DNA of 64,000 bases from an uncultured Pseudomonadales bacterium (GTDB lineage Bacteria; Patescibacteriota; Microgenomatia; UBA1400; PJMF01), in the NCBI GenBank assembly GCA_964556485.1, contig CAZKVV010000005.1:16326-80325 (forward strand), given 5' to 3'. Below the pieces are notes generated by a model. That model was not told the origin of the DNA. It was given only the letters and a program-made list of their open reading frames with translations, and did not search any database. Both the position numbers and the translations under genes were made by a program. Below are positions 40,926 to 51,732 of this stretch, one piece after another. Every line of letters begins with the position of its first letter. Within the stretch, counting starts at the first letter, position 1.

Positions 40926-41585
40926 TTAATCTTGATATAACTGCTTAAGTAATACAATACTCTCTTTGATAAGTGCTGTTACTCCTTTAAAAGAATCGTG
41001 TGCTGATTTGATTAATTCTGCTGCTTTTGCTCGCAGATCTTCAACAGACATGTTAGTATCTTGGCCTAAAACTTTCAACTGTTCTACAACATCTGCTGCA
41101 ACAACTTGCGAATCTTGATACGCATCAGACGCTTCATCCAATTTTGCTTGAGCTGCCGCAATATCTTTACCTTCTTTCGCAGATGTATCAATTCGTGCTT
41201 GCAACTTAACAATCAACTTCTCTAGACGGTCGGTATAGACCTCAAATCGAGCTTCAACCCTGTTAGCATGAACCATTACTCGTTCAGCTCTTCTAGATTG
41301 CCTTCTTTCTTCCACTGCTTCCTTGCCAGCCATTTTCTTCTCATCAAGCACAACTCGCTTTTCATCTCGAACTAGTTCTTTGTTCTCAACAAACTCTTCC
41401 CGGCTTTCTTCCTTCTCAAGTCGTAACTCTTCTTTGTACGTGGTTTTCTCAACTTGATATTCTTCTCGCAATCGTGTTTTATCTGCTAAAATTTCTTCTG
41501 GGGTTTTTGCTGCCTGGACAGGTACAACGGTCATAGCAAAAAGAGTGAGCAACATAACAATAACTGACCATTTTGTTTTCATCAT
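40926..41585 (-). CDS. secreted coiled-coil protein (219 aa)
   Basis: Signal peptide ...VPVQAAKTP, then Glu/Lys/Arg-rich helical repeats. Confidence 0.45.
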   Translation of the reverse strand: MMKTKWSVIVMLLTLFAMTVVPVQAAKTPEEILADKTRLREEYQVEKTTYKEELRLEKEESREEFVENKELVRDEKRVVLDEKKMAGKEAVEERRQSRRAERVMVHANRVEARFEVYTDRLEKLIVKLQARIDTSAKEGKDIAAAQAKLDEASDAYQDSQVVAADVVEQLKVLGQDTNMSVEDLRAKAAELIKSAHDSFKGVTALIKESIVLLKQLYQD

Positions 41586-44167
41586 GCTCCTTTTTGTTTT
41601 TTGAAAAAAAACTTTATAGCTTCAATAACAACTATAACACACAAGCATTGTGCCAAAATAATGCCCCACATCCAGAGCGGTAAAGAAACAAATCCAAAAA
41701 AGTTTTGTAACGTTTTTGAGTACATAGGAATGACCGTTGCCAAAAAAGACAGGATCACAGCTATAACTAAATATTTATTAGTCAGCAATGACTCTTCCCA
41801 AATATTTTTATTAATTGTTCTGCAGGAAAATACATAGAGCAGCGAATCAACAGAGAGCAATGCAAAACTCAAGGTTTGAGCAACTGCTAAACCATATAAT
41901 GGATACACAACTGTAAAAGCAGTCAAAGTTAATAGACCAGAAACAAGACTTACTGCAGCAAGCGAAATGAGTAACTGACGAGATAAAATGGGTTCAGTGC
42001 TACTGAGAGGTTTATGAGTGAGTATTTCTTTTTCCTTCGGATCAAACGTTAAGGCCAAGTTTGGAAATGAATCATTCACAATATTTATCCAAAGCACTTG
42101 TGCTGCAGTTATTGGAAGTGGCAGATGTAACAATATACTACCTAAGACTAAGAGTACTTCAGAAAAGGTATCACTCAGTAGATATAACACCATTTTTCTC
42201 AGATTAGAAAAAATGCCACGGCCTTCCTCGACAGCAGCTAAAATCGTGGTAAAGTTTGAATCAAGAAGTACAATATCAGCTGACTCTCTGGCAATGTCAG
42301 TCGCATCCCCAACCACCAGACCAATATCAGCTGCCGCTAAAGCTGGTGCATCATTAACACCATCTCCCATCATCGCCACAACCTCACCACGCTTTTGCAG
42401 CGCTTTCACAATACGAAGTTTTTGAGAAGGCTTGGTACGTGCAAACAAAACAATCTCTTTTACTCTTGCTACTAACTGGGCATCACTCACATGTGCCAGC
42501 TCTTGACCATCCATAATTTGATCATCAGTCAAAGTAATACCAATCTCACGTAATACCGATCGAGCTGTTTCACGATAGTCACCCGTAATGACAGTCAGGG
42601 AAATACCAGCTTGTGCTGCCTGCTCAAGTGCGGGTTTTACACTCGCTCTCACTGGATCAGTAAATGCAAATAACCCAACGCAGACTGCTCCCTCAAACAC
42701 ACCCTCAAGGTCCTTTTGTTTAAGTTTGTAAAAAAGAGCAGTTGCTTCCGCAATAGTGTCATACTTTTGATATCCAACACCAATCACGCGCTTACCAAGC
42801 TGCGCCCATTCTTTCACTTGCTGCAGTATGCCTAGTTTCTTTGACTGGGCTTTGTCACAAAATGCCTCAACAACTTCTGGTGCACCAACGACAAACACTT
42901 CTTTTCCTGTTCGAACAGCCATAAACCGGCGTTCACTTGAGAAAGTTAATGTATCGCTAACAGAAGTACGCTCGCGAAGTTGCTCAGGACCTAAGGTGCC
43001 TGGATTTTCAGCTGCATACGCTTCTGCCCATTTCCACCTAGCAAAATCAAGCGGATCTCTGAGTTCATTTGCTAATACTGCAGATCGATACGTAAGTTCA
43101 GGGTTTCGATAAATGGCATCGGTCACTTGGAGTTTACCTTCAGTGAGCGTGCCCGTTTTATCTACACAAACTCTGGTCACAGTTCCCAACGTTTCAGTGG
43201 CAACTAAATTACGGACCAACGCCTTTCGTTTGAGAATGCGATGCATGCCTAAGGCTAAAATTGCAGTCAACCCAACAACTAATCCTTCTGGAATTGCAGA
43301 TACCGCTAATGCAACCGAGACAATAAACATCTCCTGCATGCTTCTGCCATTCAACGTACCAAAAGTGAAAATAAACACTGCTGATACAACGACAACAATA
43401 GTAATGTATTTAGCAAGTTGGTTCAGTCTTTTCTCTAGTGGTGTTTCTTTGTGAGATTGTTCATCAATGGTTTCTGCAATGCTGCCCATTTCTGTCTGTT
43501 TTCCAATTGCAGTCGCTACCATTGTGGCAGTACCACCCATGACGACAGTACCTAAGTACCCACTGTGCTCACGATCAACATCTTTTGCTTTGGTCAAAAA
43601 ACTCACTAGTTCTTGCAGAGACGAAAAATCATTGTGAATAACATATGGCTTTTTTGAGACAGCCATACTTTCACCAGTTAAAACCGCTTCGTTAATAACG
43701 ACATCACTGGCAGCTAAAATCAAACCATCAGCTGGAACTTTATCACCTTCGTACAGAAATACCACATCACCAACAACTAATTCTTGCGAATGGATTCGAA
43801 CTTTTTTACCATCACGAACTACCCATGCTTCTTGAGTTACAACCGACTTCAATGCCTGCAGTGATTTGAATGCTTTTCGTTCCTGATAAAACCCAAGCAG
43901 TGTATTAACCAGCACAGCAAAGAAAATAACGACGGTATCTTTAGCAGCACCAATTGCAGCAGTAATAATGCCTGCAACAAGTAACACAAAAATGAGAGGG
44001 CTTTTAAGTTGAGCTAAAAAAAAATGCAAATCAGATGGAATTGGTTTGCCTGCAATTGTGTTTGTTACACCTTTGCGCTTTTCTGCGGCCAGAACATCAG
44101 AAGGAATTCCTCGTTTGATGTACTCAAGAACAAGTCTTGTTGATGACTGATGGGCAGTAGAAGTCAT
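41582..44167 (-). CDS. P-type cation-transporting ATPase (P2-type, Ca/Mg-like)
   Basis: DKTGTLT phosphorylation site, TGES, GDGVNDAPAL; 861 aa with about 10 TM. Confidence 0.9.
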   Translation of the reverse strand: MTSTAHQSSTRLVLEYIKRGIPSDVLAAEKRKGVTNTIAGKPIPSDLHFFLAQLKSPLIFVLLVAGIITAAIGAAKDTVVIFFAVLVNTLLGFYQERKAFKSLQALKSVVTQEAWVVRDGKKVRIHSQELVVGDVVFLYEGDKVPADGLILAASDVVINEAVLTGESMAVSKKPYVIHNDFSSLQELVSFLTKAKDVDREHSGYLGTVVMGGTATMVATAIGKQTEMGSIAETIDEQSHKETPLEKRLNQLAKYITIVVVVSAVFIFTFGTLNGRSMQEMFIVSVALAVSAIPEGLVVGLTAILALGMHRILKRKALVRNLVATETLGTVTRVCVDKTGTLTEGKLQVTDAIYRNPELTYRSAVLANELRDPLDFARWKWAEAYAAENPGTLGPEQLRERTSVSDTLTFSSERRFMAVRTGKEVFVVGAPEVVEAFCDKAQSKKLGILQQVKEWAQLGKRVIGVGYQKYDTIAEATALFYKLKQKDLEGVFEGAVCVGLFAFTDPVRASVKPALEQAAQAGISLTVITGDYRETARSVLREIGITLTDDQIMDGQELAHVSDAQLVARVKEIVLFARTKPSQKLRIVKALQKRGEVVAMMGDGVNDAPALAAADIGLVVGDATDIARESADIVLLDSNFTTILAAVEEGRGIFSNLRKMVLYLLSDTFSEVLLVLGSILLHLPLPITAAQVLWINIVNDSFPNLALTFDPKEKEILTHKPLSSTEPILSRQLLISLAAVSLVSGLLTLTAFTVVYPLYGLAVAQTLSFALLSVDSLLYVFSCRTINKNIWEESLLTNKYLVIAVILSFLATVIPMYSKTLQNFFGFVSLPLWMWGIILAQCLCVIVVIEAIKFFFKKQKGA

Positions 44168-44173
44168 GTAGAA

Positions 44174-45067
44174 CTATCGCAGTCTGTCAGTGAATACCTG
44201 TATATTTCCAGTCTGTACCTCTTGGTACAACTGAGTTTCTTTTCCTGTACGAACAGACTGTCTCTCCATAAACGGAATGCTTGCAGCATCCTGATACAGG
44301 ATTCCTACTGCAACTTTTTCGTCAAGATCCTCCGCAGCTGCTAATGCGGCAGCTCTATTTGTTGGATCATACCCTTCAGTATTAACGTTATACACACGTT
44401 GTTGATACCATTCGTGAGGCGTAGTCTTGTTGTATGTGGGACAATTTTGCATAATTTCCACAAAACTAAACCCCTTATGCTTGATTGCCGCTGTAAACAC
44501 TTCTGACATCATCCTGATATCTCCTGAAAAGACTCTTGCAGAAAAAGTAACTCCCAGAGATAGTGCGAACCGTTGTGGATGCAGTACTTCTGTAGTAACT
44601 CCATCAGGTGTAGAGTTCATCTTTACACCTTTTCTGGTTGTGGCAGAAGCTTGACCAGTGGTCAAGCCGTAGTTCTCGTTGTTATGCAGTAACAAAGTCA
44701 TGTCAAAGTTGGCTCTGATCGCATGGACTAAATGATTCACACCTTCGCCCAAAAGTGCGCCATCGCCACCTTCTGCAACAACAGTAAGACCAGTGTTTGC
44801 ACAATTAATGCCAGCAGCAAGGGGAATGACTCTACCATGAAGACCATGATATCGATACCCACCAATTTTATCTGATCCATTGCCATTACAACCAATATCA
44901 AAACACAACATTGCTTGGTGTGGTGTCACACCACAAGCAACTAATGCTTGTTTTACCGCAACTTGAATACCAAAGTTTCCACATCCTGGACACCAGGTTA
45001 ATGCATTAGCTGAAGTGTAATCACCTAAAGAGACTTGAGAAGTAGTGCAAGATCCGCATGCTGACAT
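44174..45067 (-). CDS. 2-oxoacid:ferredoxin oxidoreductase beta subunit (TPP-binding)
   Basis: WCPGCG motif and a TPP-binding fold. Confidence 0.85.
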   Translation of the reverse strand: MSACGSCTTSQVSLGDYTSANALTWCPGCGNFGIQVAVKQALVACGVTPHQAMLCFDIGCNGNGSDKIGGYRYHGLHGRVIPLAAGINCANTGLTVVAEGGDGALLGEGVNHLVHAIRANFDMTLLLHNNENYGLTTGQASATTRKGVKMNSTPDGVTTEVLHPQRFALSLGVTFSARVFSGDIRMMSEVFTAAIKHKGFSFVEIMQNCPTYNKTTPHEWYQQRVYNVNTEGYDPTNRAAALAAAEDLDEKVAVGILYQDAASIPFMERQSVRTGKETQLYQEVQTGNIQVFTDRLR

Positions 45068-45068
45068 A

Positions 45069-46817
45069 TTAGATTTGCTCCTTTATAAACTCAACAAGTT
45101 CTAAGACAAAAAATGGACGTCCATTATTTTTGAGATACACTTGTTTTGCTTTATAGCCAGATTCCATTGCAACTAACTTTGCAAACTGACCGGTTCCATT
45201 ATTTTCTACAAAGGCTACATGTTGTGCAGTTTCAACCAACTTGAGTAATTTTTCAGTTTTAAGTGGGAACATATAATCATAGTGCAAATATGAAACATTT
45301 CCCGTATATCCATCTTTTTTCAGTATATCGAAGGCATCTAGTACTGTATTCTTGACACTTCCCCAGCCAATCAATAACAAATCACTGACTTCTGGACCAA
45401 ATAATTCTGGCTCTGGTAGGGTAGCAAGTAATGTTTCCTGCTTCTTCATGCGTTTTTCAAACATGATTCGAGAAGGCTCAGCATCTTCTGTCAATGAACC
45501 ATCACCAATATGCTCATCACTATTTGCATCAAAGGTTGGAGCGCACTGTCCTGGTAACCATCGAGGTGAAATACCAGTGGAAGTATCCTTGAATCTATCC
45601 ATTTTTTCTAACGTTGCTAGCTGATCTTCTGGAACTAATCCACGACATATTTCAATCGGTGCTGGCAAGCCGCTAATCTGAAACTGAGATTCAGCAATTT
45701 GTTTTTCAGTAAGCAAGATGACCGGGATTTGGTACTGTTCAGCAATATTTAAGGCTACTTGAGTCAAGGTGAAACATGATTCTGGATCACTTGCGGAAAG
45801 TACACATTTTGCATATTCACCATGACCAGAGAAAATGGTCATTAATAAATCACCCGCATTTGTCCAAGTAGGTAAACCGGTTCCCGGACCTGGCCGCTGT
45901 GCAACAACGCACACAAATGGTGTTTCAGTAATGCCCGCTAATGATACTGATTCTGTCATCAAATCAAAGCCACCACCAGATGTACCACAGAGTGCTCTGG
46001 CTCCAGCAAACATAGACCCGATGGTCATTTGAGCAACCGAAATTTCATCTTCAATTTGCTTAACTAACATACCTGTCTCGGAGGAAATGCTTGCTAAGTA
46101 ACCCAGAATTGAACTAGAAGGTGTCATTGGGTAGGCATAGTAGGCTCGAACTCCTGCAGCAACTGCACCCAGTCCAATTGCTTGGTTGCCAGAAATAATC
46201 ATTTCCGACTCTAATTTTGGAGCAATAGCAAATGGCAATGTGTAAGGTTCTAAACCTTCAAGTTTGTAGACACGTCCTTGTTCAAAAATGCGGATGTTAT
46301 CATCGATAACCTGTGGCTTTTTGACAAATGCTTTCTTGAGAATTTCATGAATTGGCTCAGGGATAAGGGTAATCAATTGCCAAAGCACACCCAATAAAAA
46401 GGTGTTGACCATCAATGGGTGCACGCCAGCTTCTTTAATAATTTGCTGTGCTGGAATGTAAATTATTTTAATATTACGTTTAGCCACCAATTCTTGTTCT
46501 GACTGAGTTAACTGCAGACCAATCACAGAATGCACCACTTGCCCATCCTGAGCGACTGTATCGATGTATGCATGGAACGCGCTGTTACTCAAGATAAGCA
46601 ATAAATCGCACAGGGCTGCTGAAGATCTGAGAGGCACATCTGAAAAATCAATTTGAAAACATGCGTATCCACCTCTAATGAGGGAAGGATATTCTCGATA
46701 ACCAAATGAGTACAGACCACACTCTTTTACACCTTTAGAAATTGCATCACCAATCGAATTAATACCTTGCCCCGAAGCTCCACCAATTTTTACGATAAAT
46801 CTGTTAGAAATATGCAT
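45069..46817 (-). CDS. 2-oxoacid:ferredoxin oxidoreductase alpha subunit with a fused N-terminal gamma domain
   Basis: Gamma-like IGGASGQGINSIGD followed by an alpha domain. It is adjacent to the beta subunit, separated by 1 nt. Confidence 0.85.
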   Translation of the reverse strand: MHISNRFIVKIGGASGQGINSIGDAISKGVKECGLYSFGYREYPSLIRGGYACFQIDFSDVPLRSSAALCDLLLILSNSAFHAYIDTVAQDGQVVHSVIGLQLTQSEQELVAKRNIKIIYIPAQQIIKEAGVHPLMVNTFLLGVLWQLITLIPEPIHEILKKAFVKKPQVIDDNIRIFEQGRVYKLEGLEPYTLPFAIAPKLESEMIISGNQAIGLGAVAAGVRAYYAYPMTPSSSILGYLASISSETGMLVKQIEDEISVAQMTIGSMFAGARALCGTSGGGFDLMTESVSLAGITETPFVCVVAQRPGPGTGLPTWTNAGDLLMTIFSGHGEYAKCVLSASDPESCFTLTQVALNIAEQYQIPVILLTEKQIAESQFQISGLPAPIEICRGLVPEDQLATLEKMDRFKDTSTGISPRWLPGQCAPTFDANSDEHIGDGSLTEDAEPSRIMFEKRMKKQETLLATLPEPELFGPEVSDLLLIGWGSVKNTVLDAFDILKKDGYTGNVSYLHYDYMFPLKTEKLLKLVETAQHVAFVENNGTGQFAKLVAMESGYKAKQVYLKNNGRPFFVLELVEFIKEQI

Positions 46818-46846
46818 AGTTTTTTAGTACTGTATCAAACACACCT

Positions 46847-49009
46847 TCACACATCAATGAGTATCACCTTGCCATCCACCGCATATGCTTCACGTTTGGT
46901 CACAATCACGGGGTTAATCTCGATCTCAGCAAAGTATGGGACCGTCTCAACCAAATTACACATTTGTGCAATCAGATGATACAGCCGATCAACGGCAAAT
47001 GCTGACTCACCGCGATATCCTTTCAGTAAAGTATATATCTTCGATTGTTCAACTAATGCTTTAACTTCATTTTTAGTAGCTGGAAGCACTAATAAATTGC
47101 GATCATTAATCAGTTCAACCAAAGTACCGCCCGCACCCACCATCAAGACATTACCAAACTGCGCATTTTTCTTGACTCCCACTACTACTTCTATACCACC
47201 AGAGATTTGAGACTGGATCTGAATTTTTGCAGTTTTGCGCACCTTAGGTGATAAATCGGTTAATTTATCAATCAATTCCTGTGATGCCTTTTCCAATTGT
47301 TTTACGCTGGCAACACCAGTAATCACGCCACCGGCTTCGGTTTTATGTAACAGTTCGGGCGCAATCAGCTTAAGCACAACTGGAAATCCAGCATCTTTGA
47401 CAAATTTTTTAGCTTGGTCTAAATTCTCCACCAGTGCAGAGGCTGGTGTAGGTATATCCCAGTGGTCAAAAATGGCGCTTACAGCCATACCATCTATATA
47501 TTTTTCTTCTTTATTAAGTGCGGTCTCCAAATGATCCATCACCCATTTTTTTGAAGATGTTGGAACAGGCACAACTTCTTGTGGAACTGGAGCTTTAAGT
47601 GCATTTTTTTGCCAAGATCGCCACCACCATAATGAGCCCATTACCTTTATTGCGCGTTCTGGATAGCGAAAAGAAGGAATCTTGTATTTATTTAAAATTG
47701 TTTCACCTTTACTAATACTAGTACCGCCCATGAATGAACAAAAAATAGGTTTCTTGTACTTTTGGGACAGTCTGCCAATGACTTGCGCAGTTTCTTCAAT
47801 TTCTGTCATTACTTGTGGAGTAAGAATTACCAAGATTGAGTCAACTTTATTTTCTTCGAATACCACTCTAATGGCCTGCTCATATCTATCTGCCAGCGCG
47901 TCGCCGAGTACATCAATAGGATTTACCAGACTGGATGCTCGAGGTAACTGTTTTGAGAGTTGCGCAATCGTGTCCTCTGACAATGTCGCCATTGAAAGTC
48001 CTTCTGCCACCACCGCGTCACTGCTAAACACTGCTGGACCACCGGCATTTGAGATAATTGCCACTTCGGGTCCCTGTGGAATGGTGCTCCAAGACAAAGC
48101 TCGGGACAAATCAAACATGTCTTCAATCCCATCACAGCGAATCACACCAGCTTGCAACAAGGCTTTATCCAAAACGGCATCATCACCAGCAATTGCACCG
48201 GTATGAGACTGCATAGCTTTTTTAGCTGCATCTGTTTTACCTGGTTTTAACATAAAGAGTGGTGTTCTTTTTGCCAGCGTTTTTGCTATTTCAATGAATC
48301 TTGTTCCATCTACAATCGACTCCAGGTACAACCCAATGGGGTTATATCCAGATCTATCAAATCGAGATGCACCGGTGTGTTCTGTATCTGTTTCTTGGCT
48401 TGCCCAGTATTCAAGGATTTCGTTTTCAGTTAAAGAAGTTTTATTACCTAATGTCACAAAGTCGGAAAAACCCAGCTGAGCATAGGATGCCCAATCAAAA
48501 ATGCTCGATGCAATGGCACCAGACTGTGAAAGAAAACGCATGCTCCCCGTTTGCTGAACACCTTGACCAAACGTTGCGTTCAGCTTATGAAAGGTGTTAA
48601 CAAAACCAAGACAGTTGGGACCAAGTAAATGAATGCCACTCTCTGCAACCATACGTTGCAAATCTGCTTCTCGAGAAGCACCTTCCCCACCCATTTCTTT
48701 AAAACCAGCCGAAATAATCACCACACTTTTGGTGCCTTTAAGGATAATCTGTTGTAAAACAACTAACACAATTTCTGCTGGCACCACAATAATTGCTAGA
48801 TCTGGCACCTCAGGAATTTGGGCATATTCAGCATATACTTTACAGCCCTCAATTGTTGTTGAACTAGGGTTAATTGGAAACAACTCACCAGAGAATCCGC
48901 CCGCAATAATGTTGCGAAACAAAATATTACCTAGCTTTGTTTTATCACTCGATGCACCTACAACTGCTATTGATCGTGGCTGAAATAATGTGTGTAGATC
49001 CGCAACCAT
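46847..49009 (-). CDS. acetyl-CoA synthetase (ADP-forming), fused alpha-beta
   Basis: CoA-binding SIAVVGASSDKTKLG, succinyl-CoA-synthetase-like domains and ATP-grasp. The ATG at 49009 is taken as the start. Confidence 0.8.
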   Translation of the reverse strand: MVADLHTLFQPRSIAVVGASSDKTKLGNILFRNIIAGGFSGELFPINPSSTTIEGCKVYAEYAQIPEVPDLAIIVVPAEIVLVVLQQIILKGTKSVVIISAGFKEMGGEGASREADLQRMVAESGIHLLGPNCLGFVNTFHKLNATFGQGVQQTGSMRFLSQSGAIASSIFDWASYAQLGFSDFVTLGNKTSLTENEILEYWASQETDTEHTGASRFDRSGYNPIGLYLESIVDGTRFIEIAKTLAKRTPLFMLKPGKTDAAKKAMQSHTGAIAGDDAVLDKALLQAGVIRCDGIEDMFDLSRALSWSTIPQGPEVAIISNAGGPAVFSSDAVVAEGLSMATLSEDTIAQLSKQLPRASSLVNPIDVLGDALADRYEQAIRVVFEENKVDSILVILTPQVMTEIEETAQVIGRLSQKYKKPIFCSFMGGTSISKGETILNKYKIPSFRYPERAIKVMGSLWWWRSWQKNALKAPVPQEVVPVPTSSKKWVMDHLETALNKEEKYIDGMAVSAIFDHWDIPTPASALVENLDQAKKFVKDAGFPVVLKLIAPELLHKTEAGGVITGVASVKQLEKASQELIDKLTDLSPKVRKTAKIQIQSQISGGIEVVVGVKKNAQFGNVLMVGAGGTLVELINDRNLLVLPATKNEVKALVEQSKIYTLLKGYRGESAFAVDRLYHLIAQMCNLVETVPYFAEIEINPVIVTKREAYAVDGKVILIDV

Positions 49010-49128
49010 ACTTTTTCTGTTCCTTACAGCAGTATACGGGAGAATAGAAACTACTGTAAAGTTACGCTTTCCTTGACACCATGCTTGCCAACAGTTCAGA
49101 ATAGGCATGAACAACTAAAGGAATAAAG

Positions 49129-50046
49129 ATGAACAGAGCAACAACCGTTTCAATTATTGGCTGTGGAAATGTAGGCATGACTGCTGCTTACTCAATTTTA
49201 CATCGAGGCGATGTAGACCACTTAGTACTGGTTGGACGTGATTCTTCACAACTGATTGGTGAAGAACTCGATCTCGAACATGGTCTAAACTTCATGCACA
49301 CCGCAACCATTAGCTCTACAGATGACTACGCAGATATTGCTCATAGTGATGTTGTTGTTGTCACAGCTGGCGCTGCACAAAAACCTGGAGAAACAAGACT
49401 TGATCTAGCAAAGAAAAACATTGCAATCATTGAGGATATTGTTCCTAAAATTGTCCGCCACGCACCACAAGCTGTCATTCTAGTGGTCAGCAATCCTGTG
49501 GATATATTGACATACAAAGCACACCATATTTCTGGGTTGCCCAAAGGTCGCGTGTTTGGCTCTGGAACGACTCTCGACACCGCTCGATTCCGCTTTCACC
49601 TCGCTGAACACCTTGATGTGCACCCACGCAGCATTCATGCCTACGTCTTGGGAGAACATGGCGACAACTCTTTTCCAACGCTTTCGAGTGCAAACATTGG
49701 CGGACAAAATTTAAAAGATTTCCCTGGATTCACCGAGGAAAAAGCACTTAAGGCCTACCAAAAAGCCAGAGATGCTGCCTACACCATCATTCAGTCAAAA
49801 GGTGCTACCTACTATGCTATTGGCGCTGTGGTCTCACATATTGTTTCAACCATTTTGAAAGATAAGAAAACAGTCTTACCAGTATCAATTCCACTCCACA
49901 ATTACTATGGACATAGTGGCGTTGCCCTTAGTGTTCCTTGTATTGTTGGCCGCTCTGGGGTTGAGAGGGTGTTGACTACCCATTTATCCGCACATGAACA
50001 AATGCAACTACGCCAAACGGTGGAAGCACTCAAAGAGTTTTTATAA
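49129..50046 (+). CDS. ldh: L-lactate dehydrogenase
   Basis: IGCGNVG NAD-binding motif, GEHGD, and Gln at the substrate-specificity position (AGAAQKPGETR), which indicates LDH rather than MDH. Confidence 0.8.
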   Translation: MNRATTVSIIGCGNVGMTAAYSILHRGDVDHLVLVGRDSSQLIGEELDLEHGLNFMHTATISSTDDYADIAHSDVVVVTAGAAQKPGETRLDLAKKNIAIIEDIVPKIVRHAPQAVILVVSNPVDILTYKAHHISGLPKGRVFGSGTTLDTARFRFHLAEHLDVHPRSIHAYVLGEHGDNSFPTLSSANIGGQNLKDFPGFTEEKALKAYQKARDAAYTIIQSKGATYYAIGAVVSHIVSTILKDKKTVLPVSIPLHNYYGHSGVALSVPCIVGRSGVERVLTTHLSAHEQMQLRQTVEALKEFL

Positions 50047-51036
50047 ATTCTCAAATACATTTGCTCGGTATTGTGACCGAATTAACCCATCTATTACTGC
50101 TTGTTTATTATCTGGTATTGTATTTACCAATGCCTTAATATCCTCAAGATAATCAGGGGTATATCTTTTCGCTGGACGCAAAAGTGCCCAGTTGCCGTTG
50201 CTAATATCAATTTTTGTAATTCCAGCATCAAATGCATCTTCAAGTGTATTATTTAGTTCGAATCCTGTAGGAGAATACCAATGGCCCTCAAAAAATGTCT
50301 GACCAGATGCAGAAGTAAAAGTCTTTAAACATAATCCTGCACGCTTGCCAATAAATTTAACTGCCACATATTCATTTACAACAACTACCGCATCATTATT
50401 TAACGCTTGCAATAATCTTGGCTCAGATTCATCACATAACCACCAATTCCCATTGCTGACCTGAATGCTCATATCCATTTCTATAAGTTGTGGCCTTATC
50501 TCGGCGCGTAAAGCTTCGGGCAAATCGTATATTTTTAGTTGCGAAAGAATGATTGCTATCTGAAACTGATACGTTAAAACATCATCAAGTAGTATATCCA
50601 AAAGCGTAAGGATGAAATCGTTATTTAATTCTTTAACTATCTTAAAAAAATTGTCTTTATTTTGATATCTAAAGCCCTTGTAAATTTCATCTGTTTCAGC
50701 TTGAGAAAACATCAACTCTAAGAGAAACAGTAAGTCATCATTTTTGACCGTTAGCACTAATGCTTTTTTTAATTTTTCTTGATTGTCTTTAGAAAACGAG
50801 TTAATTACAGCATTCAGCACCTCATACCTACTTAAGCATCCTTGAGCTTTGGTTTCAACATACGACAAGGTAGGACCCTGGAAAGCACTTGTTGTTTTTG
50901 CTGCATAAAGAGTAAATTTGGGAAATACATGTCTAATTTGCAAACCAGACTCTCCATTTTTTGGGGGGGGATTATACTCTAGACCTTGAGTTGTAGCATC
51001 TCCATGATGTTTTTGGTCAGTGATATTTTCGCTCAT
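50041..51036 (-). CDS. hypothetical protein (331 aa) with an internal duplicated SNGNW-containing segment
   Basis: Repeats ...QVSNGNWWLCDESEPRLL... and ...DISNGNWALLRPAKRY... seen directly. Confidence 0.4.
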   Translation of the reverse strand: MSENITDQKHHGDATTQGLEYNPPPKNGESGLQIRHVFPKFTLYAAKTTSAFQGPTLSYVETKAQGCLSRYEVLNAVINSFSKDNQEKLKKALVLTVKNDDLLFLLELMFSQAETDEIYKGFRYQNKDNFFKIVKELNNDFILTLLDILLDDVLTYQFQIAIILSQLKIYDLPEALRAEIRPQLIEMDMSIQVSNGNWWLCDESEPRLLQALNNDAVVVVNEYVAVKFIGKRAGLCLKTFTSASGQTFFEGHWYSPTGFELNNTLEDAFDAGITKIDISNGNWALLRPAKRYTPDYLEDIKALVNTIPDNKQAVIDGLIRSQYRANVFENL

Positions 51037-51129
51037 AGTACAACAGCAAGTCTGATGATAAAGTAGCCATGAAATTCATCATATTCTGAGTTAAATTTAG
51101 AATCAAGAACATTTTTTTGCACCAACTAA

Positions 51130-51711
51130 CTAAATAACGGGAATTTCACCATTAAAGAAATTTGATTGAATTAATTCTTCACAACTAAGCAACAAATCAT
51201 CTAGAGAACCGGTATTGTGAATAGTGTGGTCGACTAACTCTAAGCAGGCTTCAACTTGTTGACCGCTTTCTTCCTCACCGACACCTTTTTCTCGTTGATT
51301 TGCCCGTAAAAATGATACTTTGGTAACGCCATCTTCACCACGATCGCTTGCGCGCTCTAAATAGCGCTGCATCCGCACATATTGTGGTGCAACTACGCCT
51401 AAAATAAATGCCTCAGAATGCTGACGTAAATACTCAACTTCCTCAGGATTTCGCACACCATCTATCACAACTTGGTCGTTATTTTTTGCTAGTTCGAGCA
51501 CGCGCTGGGCCAACACGGCTCCACCATGCTTCTCTCGTAATTCATTTCCTACATTTTGCAGATTCACTCGAGTAATTGGCAAGTCACGGTCAAGACATTC
51601 TTCTCTAATTGCATCAGAAAGTTTGTAGTACACAAAACCACGATCGACAAAGTGGGTAGAAATAGTACTTTTACCACTCGCAATGTATCCGACTAAGCCA
51701 ACAACTTGCAT
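51130..51711 (-). CDS. P-loop nucleotide/nucleoside-monophosphate kinase-like protein
   Basis: Walker A GYIASGKST, then VIDGVRNPEEV. Confidence 0.5.
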   Translation of the reverse strand: MQVVGLVGYIASGKSTISTHFVDRGFVYYKLSDAIREECLDRDLPITRVNLQNVGNELREKHGGAVLAQRVLELAKNNDQVVIDGVRNPEEVEYLRQHSEAFILGVVAPQYVRMQRYLERASDRGEDGVTKVSFLRANQREKGVGEEESGQQVEACLELVDHTIHNTGSLDDLLLSCEELIQSNFFNGEIPVI

Positions 51712-51732
51712 GAGGGTTGTTATACACTGAAA

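Noticed and set aside
47682-48206. 174-aa + strand ORF
   Set aside because: Antisense within the ADP-forming acetyl-CoA synthetase gene.
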